Assembly: GCF_036321535.1 (NCBI RefSeq)
Contig: NC_087438.1
Location: 1,984,001-2,048,000 of the forward strand
DNA from: Camelus dromedarius
Lineage: Eukaryota
Direction: 5' to 3'
DNA length: 64,000 bases
The translations under genes were made by a program, and so were the position numbers. Shown here piece after piece: positions 61,601-64,000 of this stretch (its first letter is position 1; each line of letters begins with the position of its first letter). The notes under the pieces were generated by a model. It searched no databases. It was not told where the DNA came from and saw nothing but the letters and a program-made list of their open reading frames with translations.

Positions 61601-63287
61601 GGGGGACAGAAGAGACTTCACTGGGGTTCTGGCAGAGGGTTCCAGACGGATGTCCTGCTGCACTTGTACCCCAAGACCCGGGAGGTCTCCTGGTTGGACA
61701 GACCCCAGCTGCGCAGCAGATCGTCCCCCAGACTCCACTCCGGGCATTGCTGGAGGTCGTGTCATCACCGTTGACACGTCATCCATCGGCATTTATCACG
61801 CAACCCGATTTTGTCATTTTAAATAAACTATGACTCAGAAGGGCCCGGGTTAAGCCAGGTAAGTAGATGCACTCTGGGAGTGTTGGGCTGGGGGAAGAAT
61901 CCGGCTGTTTTAATTTCATTTTTTTTTTTTTTTTAGTTTCCCTTAGTTTTATTAGCAGGAACACAGAGAGGAAACTGGCTCTGTTCCCCCTTCTTTTACT
62001 GCGATGCTGTTTAGGACCCTGGGATGTTTTCTTCCAGCTATAAAACCATTTCACCCAGGCGCGCTCATCTTCGGAGCGCACCCCTGTTCCCTCAGACCTC
62101 TGAAGCTCCCGCTGATTCTGCACAGGGGCAGAGCACTGAGCTTGTGACACTCTGAGCAGGGGAGAGGAGAAGTCACCGTCTGACCTCCAGGGCCCTGGAA
62201 CCCCGTTAGGGGCAAGGAGGCAGGCGCGCAGGCGTCTCTGAGGCAAAGAAGAAGGAAAGGACCCCCGTGAGGGTCAGGTGCGCAGGGTTTGTGGTCCGAG
62301 GACTCAGCAGAGTCGGCTTCTGAAGGAAAGTCACGTGGGTGGAAACAGAAGGGTGAAGGCCGGGGCCTCCAATTTGAATCTGTGTGCGGCCCACCAGGAG
62401 GGCTTCACGCACACGACTGCCCGGGAGACGCCGCCCATCCAGTCCCGTCTCTGCTTCAGGGGGTCCGAGTGAGGCCGGAGAATTGGCCCTTTTAGTGAGT
62501 TCTAGGTGACCTGATGCTTTGAGGACCCTGGGTTAACGGGGTGTCACTGGTGACACGGCCGTCCCAGTGCTCCTTTCTGACACTTTCAGGGCTGAGCTCG
62601 AGGGCGGTGCTGGTTCCTGCTGGGGGAGGCTGGCGGGTCTTCCTGTCCAGACGACTGGCCGCCCCTGCCGTGCCCAGCTGTGGGCACCCCAGCGGTCGGG
62701 GCAGGGTGAGGGGGGAGGCACGGACTCGGCAGACGGGACCTGCTGGTGACCCGCTGATGCTTGGGGCCCCCCCCCCCCGCGTCCTCTCCCTACGCCAGAT
62801 CTAGGGGGAGCAGCAGTGAGGTGTCTGGTCCGAGGAAGGCGGCTGGGCCCCAGTGACACTCTCCTGAGCCTCTCGACCTGGGCTTCTGGGAACAGCTCTT
62901 CCCCAGCCCCGGCAATGGGGGGAGAGCAGCAGGCTGTCCCCCACTGTGTCTTGCAGAAAATTGGCTGGAATGGAAGCCTGGTCTCCCAGGACGCGCCTTG
63001 TAGGCTGGCCAGCAGGGTGACTGTCACAGCGTCCGGCCTGTGGTTTCACAGCTCCCTTCTCCTGGGGCCGCGGAGCTCCAAGCTCCTCACCCTTTTCTGT
63101 TTCCTTTGTGCTCCTTGACGTCACTGTGAGAGCAAAGTGGGGACCAAGTCCTGTGCAGGGCTGAGAAGGACTTGTAGCCTCTGACACCCGGCCCCTCCAG
63201 CCGAGCTCCTGATGGGCGGCCCGGCCCAAGCTCTCTGGCCAAGTGGGAATGTTGGAGGCCTTGAGGGGAGATACTGATCGGAGCCAC

Positions 63288-63470
63288 CGTGTGTGTGCAC
63301 GTATGCCTGTGGGTGTAGGGGTGCGCGCACGTGCGTGTGAACGTATGCGCGTCCATGCATGTAGGTGTGTGTGCTCGGGTGTGGGTGAATGTGTGCAGGG
63401 AATGTGTATGTGAGTGTGTGCACATGTGCATCCAGGTGTAGATGTGTTCAGAGAGTGTGTGTAGGTGTGC
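63288..63470. repeat. Degenerate TG/CA-rich low-complexity tract
   Basis: Long imperfect purine-pyrimidine alternation (GTGTGTGTGCACGTATGCC...GTGTGTGCACATGTGC). Confidence 0.8.
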
Positions 63471-64000
63471 AGCTAATGCTGCCATCTGGGCTCCGGAGAG
63501 CTGGGAAGGGCACTGGCCCAGGCCAAGTGGAGCGGAAGTGACCGTCTCCGGGCAGATGGCCCAGGAGGGGTCGCGGCCCAGGGCGGGGTGGGTAGAGAAG
63601 CTGCAGAAATGCGCGTCAGGGGTCTACCGGGCACGGTGCTCCCCCAGGAGACGCCGCCGCGCCACGCCAGGCTGCTCCCAGGAGACGCTGTCACGTAGCC
63701 AGGACCCTGACGGCCACCGTGAGTGGGCGTGGGGTGTGATAAATGCCGGCTGCAGAGGCTGGCGTGAGGGCCAGGAGGGCCAGCCCACAGGGCCTGGGGA
63801 TGGCGGAGGGACCGTGGCAAGCAGGGCAGGATGGCCCGGGGGCCCGCGAGGGCCCAGCCCCGCAGACACACAGCATGGGGCAGGGCATCCGAGAGCCCCA
63901 GCGGCCCCGGCTCAGTGTCACAGTCCCTGACTCAGGTTCTCAAGCACAAGCTGATTTGAGGCCCAGAATGTGCTGCCTGAAGGAGACGCTGTGTCTCCAG

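Noticed and set aside
1-64000. The many short ORFs in the provided track as genes
   Set aside because: They often use non-ATG starts, overlap in all frames and have composition typical of GC-rich non-coding DNA. None resembles a protein family I recognise except decayed L1 ORF2.
1-64000. Naming the host locus or neighbouring gene
   Set aside because: No diagnostic exon is present; any name would be a guess without alignment.

Overview
This is mammalian, non-coding genomic DNA, most likely from a camelid (Camelus/Vicugna/Lama). That inference rests on four tRNA-Ala-derived Vic-1-like SINEs and artiodactyl-type L1 3' tails. I recognise no protein-coding exon or functional RNA gene. The listed ORFs look like GC-rich chance frames, N-spanning artefacts or decayed L1 ORF2. 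The window is mostly GC/CpG-rich, with an AT-rich block of old L1 debris at about 25-33 kb. It carries MER20, MIR, L2, MLT1, MLT2, a Tigger2-type MITE and a solo LTR with target-site duplication (TSD). About 33.7-43.7 kb has no recognisable transposon and is rich in homeodomain motifs, like the conserved-enhancer landscape around a developmental transcription factor gene; I cannot name the locus. Most notable: (1) eight short N-blocks of non-round length that look like base-for-base masks over the most conserved sequence, i.e. probably hidden ultraconserved elements; (2) a perfect 32-bp inverted repeat carrying mirror YY1/octamer/CCAAT motifs; (3) strongly GC-shifted repeat copies suggesting GC-biased gene conversion; (4) a 53-bp L1 insertion with a perfect 18-bp TSD. 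Repeat subfamily names come from recalled consensus sequences, not from a database search.
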